IMG/VR virus record: IMGVR_UViG_3300030523_000005
Direction: 5' to 3' (one strand)
Length of the DNA stretch: 64,000 nt
Source: a virus
Made by a program: the position numbers and the translations under genes. The notes under the pieces were generated by a model, which ran no database searches, was not told the origin of the DNA, and saw nothing but the letters and a program-made list of their open reading frames with translations. This document shows, piece after piece, positions 26,374-35,871 of this stretch; the stretch's first letter is position 1, and every line of letters begins with the position of its first letter.

Positions 26374-27036
26374 ATGCCAACACATGAAGAGGTCATCACC
26401 GGGCTGCGCGCGGAGCGCGATGCGCTTTACGCCGACCGGAACCGTGCCGTGCAATTGGCGGCGGCGCTGGCTCAACAGCTGGGCCAACGGGTGGGCGTGC
26501 GCACGGACCCCGACGAACCTGACTGGCCGGTGCTCATGATCGACCTGCCAGACCAGTGGGGACAGCGGCAACAGGTGGCGTGGCATCTCGCGCGTGAGGA
26601 CATGCTCGCGGGCCAGTGGGACGCCTATCCCGATCCGTGGGACGGTCACAGCGACGAGGAGAAGGCCACGCGCATCCGGCGCTACGTGTACAGCCCGCCA
26701 CCCACCGGGCACGAGGTGATGACCGACCGGACCTTCCTGGCGCGCGTGTTCCACATGGCCCACAACGATGAGCGCCTGAGCGACCTCATCCCCGCTGACA
26801 CCGACGACGATCCCCTGACGCGTGAGGAGTTGGCGCTGCGCATGGCGATGATGGCCCTGATGCTGGCGATGTACGAGGTGCGCGGCCTGCAAGATGACAC
26901 GATTGACGCCACGAATCCGGGCCGGCGCATCTACAAAGTGGTCAACAGCATCCATGACGACTGGGAGCGCCTCTCGCGGTCGTTCGACGAGATGCGCGTG
27001 GCGCGCGGTGCGGAGCCGTGGTTGGCGCGGTGGTGA
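26374..27036 (+). CDS. Phage protein with WDGH-motif domain
   Basis: LYADRN..WPVLMIDLP..QVAWH..WDGHSDEEKATR. Confidence 0.65.
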   Translation: MPTHEEVITGLRAERDALYADRNRAVQLAAALAQQLGQRVGVRTDPDEPDWPVLMIDLPDQWGQRQQVAWHLAREDMLAGQWDAYPDPWDGHSDEEKATRIRRYVYSPPPTGHEVMTDRTFLARVFHMAHNDERLSDLIPADTDDDPLTREELALRMAMMALMLAMYEVRGLQDDTIDATNPGRRIYKVVNSIHDDWERLSRSFDEMRVARGAEPWLARW

Positions 27037-27053
27037 GCGCGCCTCGGCGGAGG

Positions 27054-27725
27054 TTAGGCGGCGATGTCGTCGGTGAGCAACCCCTGGGCCAGCACGCAGG
27101 CGACCAACTCCGGGTCGAACTGCGACCCGGCCCCCTGCGCGATCTCCCGCAGCGCCGCCGCCGGCGTCAGCCCCGCGCGGTAGGGCCGATCCTCGCTCAT
27201 CGCATCGAACGCGTCGACCACGCTGACCAGGCGCGCGATCGCCGGGATCTCCATCCCCGCCAACCGGCGTGGGTAGCCTGTCCCGTCCCAGCGCTCGTGA
27301 TGCCCCCAGGCCGCCGCGCGCACGAGGGGCGACGCGCCGCCGCGCGCCAGGATGGCGCGGCTATGCGAGGGGTGATACGTCACGCAGGTCCACTCATCTG
27401 GCGAGAGGGCGCGTGGCGCCGCCAGGATGGCGACCGGGACCAGGAGCTTCCCGATGTCGTGCAGCGCCGCCGCCGCGTACACCTCGGCGATGCGTCCATG
27501 GTAGGGCTCGCCGGGGAGGTGCGGCGCGATCCCCGCGACGAGGCGAGCCACGCGCAGCGCATGGGCCACGGTCGCGGGGTGGTGCGCCCTCAGGGTGACG
27601 AGCAGCGTGGCGGCCAGGGCCAGCGACGCCGCGCCGACAGTGTCAGGGGACACGGGCGCCGTGGAGAGAGCGCGTGGTCCTGAGACAAAATCGCTATGGG
27701 GTCTATCGCATGTATCACTGATCAT
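27054..27725 (-). CDS. Stand-alone HD-GYP phosphohydrolase (start uncertain)
   Basis: HALRVA, ALHDIGK, HHERWDGTGYP, IARLVSVVDAFDAM..RPYR, GSQFDP. Confidence 0.92.
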   Translation of the reverse strand: MISDTCDRPHSDFVSGPRALSTAPVSPDTVGAASLALAATLLVTLRAHHPATVAHALRVARLVAGIAPHLPGEPYHGRIAEVYAAAALHDIGKLLVPVAILAAPRALSPDEWTCVTYHPSHSRAILARGGASPLVRAAAWGHHERWDGTGYPRRLAGMEIPAIARLVSVVDAFDAMSEDRPYRAGLTPAAALREIAQGAGSQFDPELVACVLAQGLLTDDIAA

Positions 27726-27866
27726 ACACTCACGATAGCACGCACACCTGTTCTAGCTAAGGGGCCGGGCGCGTGCCTTCTCCCTGGATGGCGTGGCGGA
27801 CCCAGCCCGTCGCCGCGCCGCCTATGTGGCCGTCTTGCGCGCGCATTAGTGCGTCAAACGGCGGAA

Positions 27867-28241
27867 ATGGACAGCTCCATGGATGACACGAACGGGCGGG
27901 ATGAGGCCGTCTCCGCTGAGACGGCGGACACGGCGGATGCGGGAAACGCGCTGACGGAACGCATGATGGTGATGTTGGAGCTGGCCTACCACGGCCACAC
28001 CAACGGCGAGATCGGCACGCTGCTCGGCGTCAGTGGGCACGCCGTCAAGAATCGGCTCGCGCTGATCTATAAGCGCGTGGGTCTGGACCAGCGGCCGGGG
28101 CCGGGGGGGCGTCTGGCCGCCCTCCGTTGGTGGCACGCGGAGCGCCGCCACAATCGCCGGGTGGTGGCCCGCGTCGCTATCCTACGGGCGCATCATCCGC
28201 GCGTCCGGGTAGACACAGAGAGAGAGGAGCGGGCGTCTTGA
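27867..28241 (+). CDS. LuxR-type HTH regulator
   Basis: LTERMMVMLELAYHGHTNGEIGTLLGVSGHAVKNRLALIYKRVG. Confidence 0.8.
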   Translation: MDSSMDDTNGRDEAVSAETADTADAGNALTERMMVMLELAYHGHTNGEIGTLLGVSGHAVKNRLALIYKRVGLDQRPGPGGRLAALRWWHAERRHNRRVVARVAILRAHHPRVRVDTEREERAS

Positions 28242-28543
28242 TGGACACGGCGGACCCGCCGACAGTGGCGGCGGAGACGGAGGCGGCCCGCGCGTTGCGC
28301 TCCTGTGTGGGGCCGCGCCGGGCGGAGGTGCTCGACCTGGTCGCGCGCGGGGCGACGACCAAGGAGATAGCGGCCGCGCTGGGCATCTCGCCGGAGACCG
28401 CGCACGACCATGTGACCCTGCTGCTGCACGGGTTCGGTGTGCGCAACCGGACCGCGCTGGCCTGCCTCTATCACGGCGGGACGCCCGTCCACGGCGGCCG
28501 TCCCCCGCGCGCCTTCTGGCGGCGGATCGCGCGGGAGGATTAG
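28241..28543 (+). CDS. LuxR-type HTH regulator
   Basis: EVLDLVARGATTKEIAAALGISPETAHDHVTLLLHGFGVRNRTAL. Confidence 0.85.
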   Translation: MDTADPPTVAAETEAARALRSCVGPRRAEVLDLVARGATTKEIAAALGISPETAHDHVTLLLHGFGVRNRTALACLYHGGTPVHGGRPPRAFWRRIARED

Positions 28544-28545
28544 CC

Positions 28546-28890
28546 GTGTCGACGGGAGGGAGACCGGAGACGCCGCGCTGTCCGCCGGCCATTCCTGAGC
28601 GCGCCATTCAGGCCGCGTGCATAGAGTATTTGCGGTATCGGGGCTACTACGTCCAGCGGCTCAACAGCGGGGGCATCCGCGACGCGCGCCATAACCTCGT
28701 GACGCTCGCGGCGGCGGGCACCCCCGATGTGTTGGCGATTAAGGATGGCTGGGCGCTTTTTGTCGAGGTCAAACGACCGGGTAACAAGCCGACCGCGCGG
28801 CAAGAGGCCATGATGGAGACCCTGCGGAGCTATGGCGCGCGCTGCCTCGTCGCAACGTCGGTGGAGGACCTCCAGGCAGCCGGGATCTAA
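28546..28890 (+). CDS. VRR-NUC family nuclease (Holliday-junction resolvase-like)
   Basis: ERAIQ..GTPDVLAI..LFVEVKRPGNKPTARQ. Confidence 0.85.
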   Translation: MSTGGRPETPRCPPAIPERAIQAACIEYLRYRGYYVQRLNSGGIRDARHNLVTLAAAGTPDVLAIKDGWALFVEVKRPGNKPTARQEAMMETLRSYGARCLVATSVEDLQAAGI

Positions 28891-29032
28891 CCTCGCTCAT
28901 GCGCCCGGCCCCTTGGTCCCAGCCCGCGCGTCGCGTACCGTTGAGCCAACAGCAGACAGAGCGCGTATCCACGCGGATCACACCAACGGTCCACGCCAGG
29001 CGGCGACAGAGCGAAGCGAAGGGAGGGACACG

Positions 29033-29257
29033 ATGACAGAGGGAGAACCCTACATCTACCTGGCGCTGACCCGCGCCGAGGTCGAATATTTGAGTGACCA
29101 GACCAGCGCGCAGAAACCACTGACACGCGACCTGTCCGTGCGCCTGGCCGGCGCGTTGGTCGAACTCGCGGCCGTCGATGCCCTCCGGGTAGCGCACGGG
29201 TTGACCGTGACGATCCCGGCGTCCGCCGCCGAGGCGTCCGCTGCTGAGGCCGCTTGA
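29033..29257 (+). CDS. Hypothetical protein
   Basis: GGGAGG RBS. Confidence 0.5.
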   Translation: MTEGEPYIYLALTRAEVEYLSDQTSAQKPLTRDLSVRLAGALVELAAVDALRVAHGLTVTIPASAAEASAAEAA

Positions 29258-29649
29258 TGGGTATCACCCCCCGGCCTGCCCGTTTACCGCGGCACGCCTG
29301 TGCGTCGTGTGCGGTTCTCGCCGTGGCGCCGGTGCAGCCGGACCGACCCGCGCGGTTGACCATGCGGGAGGCGCGGGTGCGCTGTGTGGAGCGCGACGGA
29401 CGGCTGCTGATCGCTTGGCGCACGGAGCGACCAGCGGACCAGCGGGCGCTGCGCGACGACTTCCGCGCGACATTTCGGACCCACGGAGAATCGACCTGGC
29501 GCGCCAAGGAGAGTGTGTGGAGCGTGCCGCTCCGGCTGCGGGATCGGCTCGCTGAGTGGGTCTCGGCGCGCTTCGAGCTGGGCTGCGAGCTGGGCTATCT
29601 GCCGTGGGATGAGACCGCGCGGCCCGCCTACATGACTGAGGCGGGCTAA
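29257..29649 (+). CDS. Hypothetical protein
   Basis: TGATG coupling; CASC. Confidence 0.45.
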   Translation: MGITPRPARLPRHACASCAVLAVAPVQPDRPARLTMREARVRCVERDGRLLIAWRTERPADQRALRDDFRATFRTHGESTWRAKESVWSVPLRLRDRLAEWVSARFELGCELGYLPWDETARPAYMTEAG

Positions 29650-29907
29650 CCACCCTTGCCCGGCCCCTTGTCTCCCCGCACGATGTCGCCTAGCCTACAC
29701 GCGCATGAGGCGAGCTGGCAGGTCATCTCTGGACACCGCCCCTGACTGTGTGGGGTCGTTGCGCGCTGTAGGTGCGCGCTTACAGGTGATCTGTTGACGC
29801 CTCGTTTCGTGTGTGTCCGGGGCGTGGTCCACGTCTTATCGCCGCGCGCCCGGACACTCCATTGTCCGTATCCAACGTCCGTGATCCGAAAGGGCACCCG
29901 CACATCT

Positions 29908-30438
29908 ATGGGCCGCAGTAGTGATCCTGAACGCGAGGTCCGCCGCGCCAACGTCTATCGCCTGTTCGTCGCCGGCCAGAGTTACCGCGCCATCGCAGCC
30001 GAACTGGGCATCGACAAGGACACGGTGACCGATGACGTGCGCGCCCTGACGGGCCGCCTGGACACCTGGGCCCTGGGCCAGAAAAAGCGGGCCCTGGCCT
30101 ACGTCGTCGCCACGTATCAGCGCGTGATCGACGAGGCCTGGGCCGCCTATGACGACGAGTGTGCGCGTGAAAAGGACTGGCTCGACGGCAAGTATGACCG
30201 TGAGCACCAGGTCCCGGACCCCGACGGCGGCGTGCATAAGGAACTCAAAGCGCCTCCGTTCAAGAGCTTGAAGGTGGCGTGGCTCAATACGATCCGTGAG
30301 ACCTGTATGGCGTACAGCAAACTTGCCGGCGTCGACGCGCCACAAAAGGTCGCGCTCACGGATACGGACGGCAAAAACGCCCCGCTTACCTTCACCATCT
30401 CTATAGATCGGACGCGTGAGGGAGGCCCGGACCTATGA
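29908..30438 (+). CDS. terS: Terminase small subunit
   Basis: N-terminal HTH (QSYRAIAAELGIDKDTV), C-terminal GVDAPQKVALTDTDG; directly precedes terL. Confidence 0.75.
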   Translation: MGRSSDPEREVRRANVYRLFVAGQSYRAIAAELGIDKDTVTDDVRALTGRLDTWALGQKKRALAYVVATYQRVIDEAWAAYDDECAREKDWLDGKYDREHQVPDPDGGVHKELKAPPFKSLKVAWLNTIRETCMAYSKLAGVDAPQKVALTDTDGKNAPLTFTISIDRTREGGPDL

Positions 30439-31799
30439 CAGCCGCGACACGGACACGACCTGTTCCCCGGACCACGCCCCCGCCGGCGGCCCCGTCGACG
30501 TCGGCGGCCCCGGCCTCCCCCGCGCGCGCTCTGGTCTACGAGCGGCCATGGATGTATCCGAAGCAGACCGAGGCCTTCTTCTGTCCCGAGCGCTACAGCG
30601 TGATCGAGGGCAGCACCAAATCGGGAAAAACCGTGTCGTGCATGTGCTGGCTGGCCGAGCAGGCCATGGCCTGTACGGTCCCCGGCCGCAACTATTGGTG
30701 GGTCGCGCCGATCTATCCGCAGGCGCGCATCGCGTTCCGTCGCCTCAAGCGTGGCCTGCCCCCGGAGGTGTACACCGCCAACGAGACCGAGCTCACGCTC
30801 ACGCTGGCCAACGGGGCGGTGTTGTGGTTTAAGGGTGGTGATAAGACGGATAGTCTGTACGGCGAGGATGTGTACGCGGCGGTGATCGACGAGGCCAGCC
30901 GCGTCAAGGAGGACGCCTTCCACGCCGTGCGCTCCACGCTGACCCAGACGCGCGGCCCGTTGCGCATCATCGGCAACGTGAAGGGGCGGCGCAACTGGGC
31001 CTATCAGCTGGCGCGTCGCGCGGAGTCGGGTGAGCCCGGCATGCGCTACACCAAGATCACCGCGCGCGACGCCGTGGCCGCCGGCGTGCTCGACGCCGAG
31101 GAGATCGAGGATGCCCGCCGCACGTTGCCCGACGCCGTGTTCCGTGAACTCTACCTGTGCGAGCCGAGCGACGACGGTGGCAACCCCTTCGGCCTCTCGG
31201 CCATCCGCACGTGCGTGGCGCCCCTGTCGTCGCTCGCGCCGGCGGCGTGGGGCATCGACCTGGCCAAGAGCGTCGACTATACCGCCTGCGTCGCGCTCGA
31301 CGCGCAGGGTCACACCTGCCGCGTGGAGCGGTGGCAGTCCCCCTGGCGCGAGACCATCGCGCGCATCGAGGACCTGGTGGGTTACACGCCGGCGCTTGTC
31401 GACTCGACCGGCGTGGGCGATCCCATCGTGGAGGCCTTGCAGCGGCCGTACGCCCAGGCGACCGGGGGGCGGCCAGGCGCGACGGCCGTCGCGCCTGGCC
31501 GCCCCAACTACGAGGGTTTCAAGTTCACCGCGCAGAGTAAGCAGCAACTGATGGAGGGGCTAGCCGTGGCCATCCAGCGGAGTGGGATCACCTATCCCGC
31601 GGGAGTCATCGTGGACGAACTTGAGACCTTCGAGTTTGAGTACACGCGGACGGGCGTGCGCTATCGCACGCCGGAGGGCCTGCACGACGACACGGTGTGC
31701 GCGCTGGCCCTGGCCACAGCCAAGCTGGGCGAGCCGAAGGTCGCGGCGCTGCCATTTACGGCTGGTCGGGTCATCGCCGGCGCCGGCGCGCGCCGCTAG
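30435..31799 (+). CDS. terL: Terminase large subunit
   Basis: Walker A GSTKSGKT, Walker B AVIDEA, GIDLAKSVD, VDSTGVGD, HDDTVCALALA. Confidence 0.93.
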   Translation: MTAATRTRPVPRTTPPPAAPSTSAAPASPARALVYERPWMYPKQTEAFFCPERYSVIEGSTKSGKTVSCMCWLAEQAMACTVPGRNYWWVAPIYPQARIAFRRLKRGLPPEVYTANETELTLTLANGAVLWFKGGDKTDSLYGEDVYAAVIDEASRVKEDAFHAVRSTLTQTRGPLRIIGNVKGRRNWAYQLARRAESGEPGMRYTKITARDAVAAGVLDAEEIEDARRTLPDAVFRELYLCEPSDDGGNPFGLSAIRTCVAPLSSLAPAAWGIDLAKSVDYTACVALDAQGHTCRVERWQSPWRETIARIEDLVGYTPALVDSTGVGDPIVEALQRPYAQATGGRPGATAVAPGRPNYEGFKFTAQSKQQLMEGLAVAIQRSGITYPAGVIVDELETFEFEYTRTGVRYRTPEGLHDDTVCALALATAKLGEPKVAALPFTAGRVIAGAGARR

Positions 31800-31826
31800 A
31801 GAAAAGGACGGGGGACGCGGGACATC

Positions 31827-33410
31827 ATGGCACGAGCGACATGGCGCGAACGGTTGAACGAGGCGGCCAGAGCCCTACGCGGGCGACGGCCGGTCTCGCG
31901 TCCCCTCGCGCGTCCAGCCAGGCCCACTCCTCTCCCCGCCCAGGGACAGACGCGCGCCTCAGCGGAGGGCGCGGCCCCGCTCTCGCTGGGGGGTATCGCC
32001 ACGCCGGGCGGCGCCGCGCCCGCGGTCACCACGAACAAAGACACGGGCACGATGACGAGCCCGCCGGCGCTGGCGGGCGGACGACAGACGCAGCCCGTCA
32101 ACCTCAATCCGTTCGGCCTGGGGTCGTTTAGCTTCATCTACCGCCGCGAGTACCAGGCCCTCGACCTCGCCAGCATCGATACAAGCCAGTTCGAGGCGGG
32201 GCAGCTCCTGACCCTGCTCGCCGACCTGAACCCCGACGTGTCGCTGGCCCTGTGGAACGTGCTACGTGTCAGCGGGACTGACCTGACCTTCAAGATCACC
32301 ACGGTCGGCGGGGCCGACGACGCGCGGGGCCAGGCGCTGCTGGAGGCCGTGGTCGGACGCCTCAACCGCCGGCAGGGCGGCTTCCCCGCGCTCGTCGTAC
32401 AACTCCTGTCCTCCGCTTTCATCCAGGGGGCCGTGGCGCTGGACATCGCGCCGACGGACGCGCTCGACGACGTGGAGGACATCTTCGCCGTCAACCCGAA
32501 CACGATCTGGTTCCAGCGCGACGAGAACCAGGTCCCCGTGCCGTTCCAGAAACAACAATGGGCCTGGGGGTCGGGCGTCCTGCCCTACCGCCGGCTGAAC
32601 CAGGAGCTGTTCGGGTATACCCCCATCGACGCCTACGTGGACGATGTGTACGGCCGGCCGCCGGCCGCGCCTGTGCTGCAAAACGTATTCTTCCAGGCGC
32701 AGGTCTACCGCGACCTGCAACGGGTGATCCACGCCCAGGGCTGGCCCAAGATCGACATCTCGCTCTTGATGGAGGTCATCCTGAACGTCGCGCCGCAGGA
32801 CGTGCGGCAGGACCCCGACCAGTTCGCGCTGTTCGTGCAGGCGCGCCTCGACGACATCATCGGCGCCTATAACTCCATGAACCCCGACGATGCCTATGTC
32901 CATCCCGACTACGTGGCGGTCAACTCGACGAACGCGGCCGCCGGTTCCCAGCTCTTCGACGTGTCGAAGCTGCTGGCCGCGATCCGCATGCAGGTCATCG
33001 CCGGCTGCAAGACCTTGCCGGTGCTGATGGGCGAGCATGTGGGCTCGACGGAGACGTACGCCCAGGTCGAGCTCAACATCTACGCCGCGACGATCGACGT
33101 GTTCCGCGAGGCGACGGGCAACGCGCTGGCGTGGGCACTGGGCGTCGCGCTCCAACTCCTGGGGCACGCGGCCCTGGTCGCGCCGGTGTGGGCGCCGGTG
33201 GAGATCCACAACCGGCTCCTGCAGGCGCAGGCCATCGCGCAGGAGCAGGCCAACTGGGCCTACAGCCGCGACCAGGGCTGGGTTAGCCAAGACCAGGCAA
33301 GCGAGGCAATCACGGGGTCGAAGGCGGTCAGCCCAACGCCAATCGCGCCCCAGGGCAGCGTGCCCGATCAGAAACCGGCCGCGCCGGCCGGGCCGCCGGC
33401 GACGCCCTAA
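31827..33410 (+). CDS. Portal protein
   Basis: 527 aa, between terL and the protease; helical content. Confidence 0.75.
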   Translation: MARATWRERLNEAARALRGRRPVSRPLARPARPTPLPAQGQTRASAEGAAPLSLGGIATPGGAAPAVTTNKDTGTMTSPPALAGGRQTQPVNLNPFGLGSFSFIYRREYQALDLASIDTSQFEAGQLLTLLADLNPDVSLALWNVLRVSGTDLTFKITTVGGADDARGQALLEAVVGRLNRRQGGFPALVVQLLSSAFIQGAVALDIAPTDALDDVEDIFAVNPNTIWFQRDENQVPVPFQKQQWAWGSGVLPYRRLNQELFGYTPIDAYVDDVYGRPPAAPVLQNVFFQAQVYRDLQRVIHAQGWPKIDISLLMEVILNVAPQDVRQDPDQFALFVQARLDDIIGAYNSMNPDDAYVHPDYVAVNSTNAAAGSQLFDVSKLLAAIRMQVIAGCKTLPVLMGEHVGSTETYAQVELNIYAATIDVFREATGNALAWALGVALQLLGHAALVAPVWAPVEIHNRLLQAQAIAQEQANWAYSRDQGWVSQDQASEAITGSKAVSPTPIAPQGSVPDQKPAAPAGPPATP

Positions 33411-33421
33411 CGCGCGAGGAG

Positions 33422-33655
33422 ATGACGACGATGAATGGACAACCGTGGAAGGACACGATGACGATGACCTGTTCCCAGTGCGGCCGTGACGTGCCGCTGT
33501 TACCGACCGAGGACGCGCGCCTATGCCCCTACTGCGGCCAGGGCAAGATCGTCCGGTCCGACCAGAACGCGCCGGGCGTTCTCCCGACCTCCCGCCCGGA
33601 GCGCGGAGATGACAGGCCAGGACGGACGCAAAGGAGGGACGTCAATGGCGGGTAA
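33422..33655 (+). CDS. Small zinc-ribbon protein
   Basis: CSQCG..CPYCG; GAGGAG RBS. Confidence 0.55.
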   Translation: MTTMNGQPWKDTMTMTCSQCGRDVPLLPTEDARLCPYCGQGKIVRSDQNAPGVLPTSRPERGDDRPGRTQRRDVNGG

Positions 33656-35279
33656 TGCACAGGACTTCGATGAACGGGAGGACGTTCTCCTCGACGGCGG
33701 GGCCACGCGCGGAGACATCGTGTCCCTGGGCGAGCCGAGCGACGACGAACTCGACATCATCAACCGGCGCAGCCCCAAGACGCTGACGCGCGGCGATATC
33801 TACGTGGCCGACGCGCGCCCCAGCGACACGTCGCTCGACTCCTATTTCACGCATATGGACCCGGGCACGACGCTGGCCAACTTCGCCGAGGACGCGGCGG
33901 CTGGCGTGCCGATCCTGAACAACCACGGCTCGACGCGCGGGATGTTCGCGGGCGACCTGCCCATCGGCCGCTCGATCACCGGTCAGGTCATCCACGACAC
34001 CCTGGTGACGCCGCGCGGATACCACATCAAGGCGTCGAAGACGAAGCCGGCCTTCGCCAGTTCGTTTTACCTGCCGCGCGGATTGACGACGAGCACGACG
34101 TCGAACGACGACATCATTCGCGCCATCGAGTCGGCGGTCCTGACCGACCTCTCGGTGACGTTCGGCGACGCGCCCGGGCGCGTGCGCGGGGCGGGCTACT
34201 GGTACAAGTGCGACGAGTGCGGGGAGGACCTTATGCGCTCGCGGGAGTGTACGCACTTTCCCGGCATGATGGTCACCACGAACGAGGGCAAGGACAAGCA
34301 TCGCGCCACGGCCACGGTGATGGACGCGGGGCTCAAGGAGTACAGCCCGGTGTGGCGCGGGGCCAACCCAGGCGGGACGATCCCGGCGCGCATGGTGGAC
34401 AAGGGCCAGCAGCTCGTCGCCGCCGGCGTCCTCTCGGAGGCTGATGTGCGGGATATCGACCGCATGACGGGGCGCCACATGGCGCGGCACATCGACTGGC
34501 AGGCCGCCCTGGGCGGCAGGAGGACGTTCGACATGGCAGGAAGCACGAGGCAAGACGGCGGCGGCGCGCCGGTCGGCGAGGCGGAGAGTGCGCCGTCGAC
34601 GGAGGCGCCGGATGCCACACGGACGGACGCGCTCGACGAGGCGCTCAATGGTCCACAGGACGACGATGACGCCGGGCGTGATGTCAACCCGCCCGACGCG
34701 GGCAACACCGGCGATGCGGGCCGGGAGCACGCGAGCGGGACGTTCGCTGGCCTGTCGGCGGAAGCCTCGGCGGAGATCGGGCGCGCCCTGGCGGCGGCCG
34801 GGATCACCCTCTCCGGCGCGCAGTCGCCCGCCGACGCGATCAGGACGGTCGTCACGGAGCGCGACGAGCTCAAGCCGCGCGCCGACGACGGCGACGCTTT
34901 CCGGCGCTACCTGGTCGAGCTCAACCACAAGTCGGGCGTGCGCGCGATGGGCGCGAGCTACGGCCGCGCGGTCAACGACCGCATGCTCGGCGCGCTCTCC
35001 GTGGCCGACCTGCAAGACGAACTGGAGCGACGCAACCTGGCGGCGCGCGAGCGGTTCGGCGCGCGCGACAATCCGGCCACGGACGCGGATGAGCTGCGCG
35101 CGCGGTTCCGCGCGGGACCGGGCGGGCGGCAGACGCAGCCCGCGGGCGGCCCGCTGGGCGGCAGCGGGGGGACGGCCCCTGTGACGGGGGCAACGGCAGG
35201 CGCGGCCGCCGGGGCGCGCCGCAATTCGTCGAGTTTCAAGGCCGGCGGCACGCGCGGGGCGCGCGGCAACAGCAAGTAA
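33645..35279 (+). CDS. Prohead protease/scaffold fusion
   Basis: PILNNHG..LPIGRS, DLSVTF, CDECG..CTHFPG, EYSPVWRGA; acidic/helical scaffold-like C-terminal half; AAGGAGG RBS. Confidence 0.78.
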   Translation: MAGNAQDFDEREDVLLDGGATRGDIVSLGEPSDDELDIINRRSPKTLTRGDIYVADARPSDTSLDSYFTHMDPGTTLANFAEDAAAGVPILNNHGSTRGMFAGDLPIGRSITGQVIHDTLVTPRGYHIKASKTKPAFASSFYLPRGLTTSTTSNDDIIRAIESAVLTDLSVTFGDAPGRVRGAGYWYKCDECGEDLMRSRECTHFPGMMVTTNEGKDKHRATATVMDAGLKEYSPVWRGANPGGTIPARMVDKGQQLVAAGVLSEADVRDIDRMTGRHMARHIDWQAALGGRRTFDMAGSTRQDGGGAPVGEAESAPSTEAPDATRTDALDEALNGPQDDDDAGRDVNPPDAGNTGDAGREHASGTFAGLSAEASAEIGRALAAAGITLSGAQSPADAIRTVVTERDELKPRADDGDAFRRYLVELNHKSGVRAMGASYGRAVNDRMLGALSVADLQDELERRNLAARERFGARDNPATDADELRARFRAGPGGRQTQPAGGPLGGSGGTAPVTGATAGAAAGARRNSSSFKAGGTRGARGNSK

Positions 35280-35334
35280 GACGTGTCCCGCGCGCGGCGT
35301 CGGGACGTGGACATACCAATGGAGGGGCAAAGCA

Positions 35335-35790
35335 ATGGCAAGCGTACGCAAGGTCTACAAGTTCAACCGGGTCGCGGCCAAGTACATCACGTACCCCGGC
35401 GACGGGACCATCGTCCCGCCGGCGCTGACGGCCAACGGATTCGCGCCGGGGATGTCGGCGCAGGTGGGGCTGGCCGCGACGAACGTCGCGACCGGGCAGG
35501 GCGGACCCGTCGCCGGACTGGGCGCGGCCGGGGGCTACCTGCTGGGCCAGATCCGCGTCGTGGAGCCGGACGGGGCGGTGGGCGTTCAGCACACCGGGTA
35601 CATGCACCTGCCGTTCGTGACCGGCGTGAACGTGCCGCTAATTGGCAAGCCCGTGGCCGTGGATGGCGCGGGCAATGTGCAGGTATCGACCACGTTCCTG
35701 GGTGCGATGTGCGAGGGCTTCGAACTCGACCCCGAGCCGGTGCAGCCCGGCGCCGTTGCCGTCCTCAAGTGTATCGTCCGTAAATACTAG
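35335..35790 (+). CDS. Capsid decoration/cement protein
   Basis: 151 aa beta-rich ORF between scaffold and MCP. Confidence 0.6.
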   Translation: MASVRKVYKFNRVAAKYITYPGDGTIVPPALTANGFAPGMSAQVGLAATNVATGQGGPVAGLGAAGGYLLGQIRVVEPDGAVGVQHTGYMHLPFVTGVNVPLIGKPVAVDGAGNVQVSTTFLGAMCEGFELDPEPVQPGAVAVLKCIVRKY

Positions 35791-35871
35791 GCGTCCCATT
35801 CGACGCCTATCCGCCTGTTCGACCCGCCGCGCCCCCCGGGGTGTGAGCCACCTAGAAGGAGCACGAGACCA

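Noticed and set aside
30147-31547. 466-aa minus-strand ORF
   Set aside because: Antisense shadow of terS/terL
33642-35351. 569-aa minus-strand ORF
   Set aside because: Shadow ORF opposite the protease/scaffold gene; Arg/Ala-rich with no motifs, typical of GC-rich DNA
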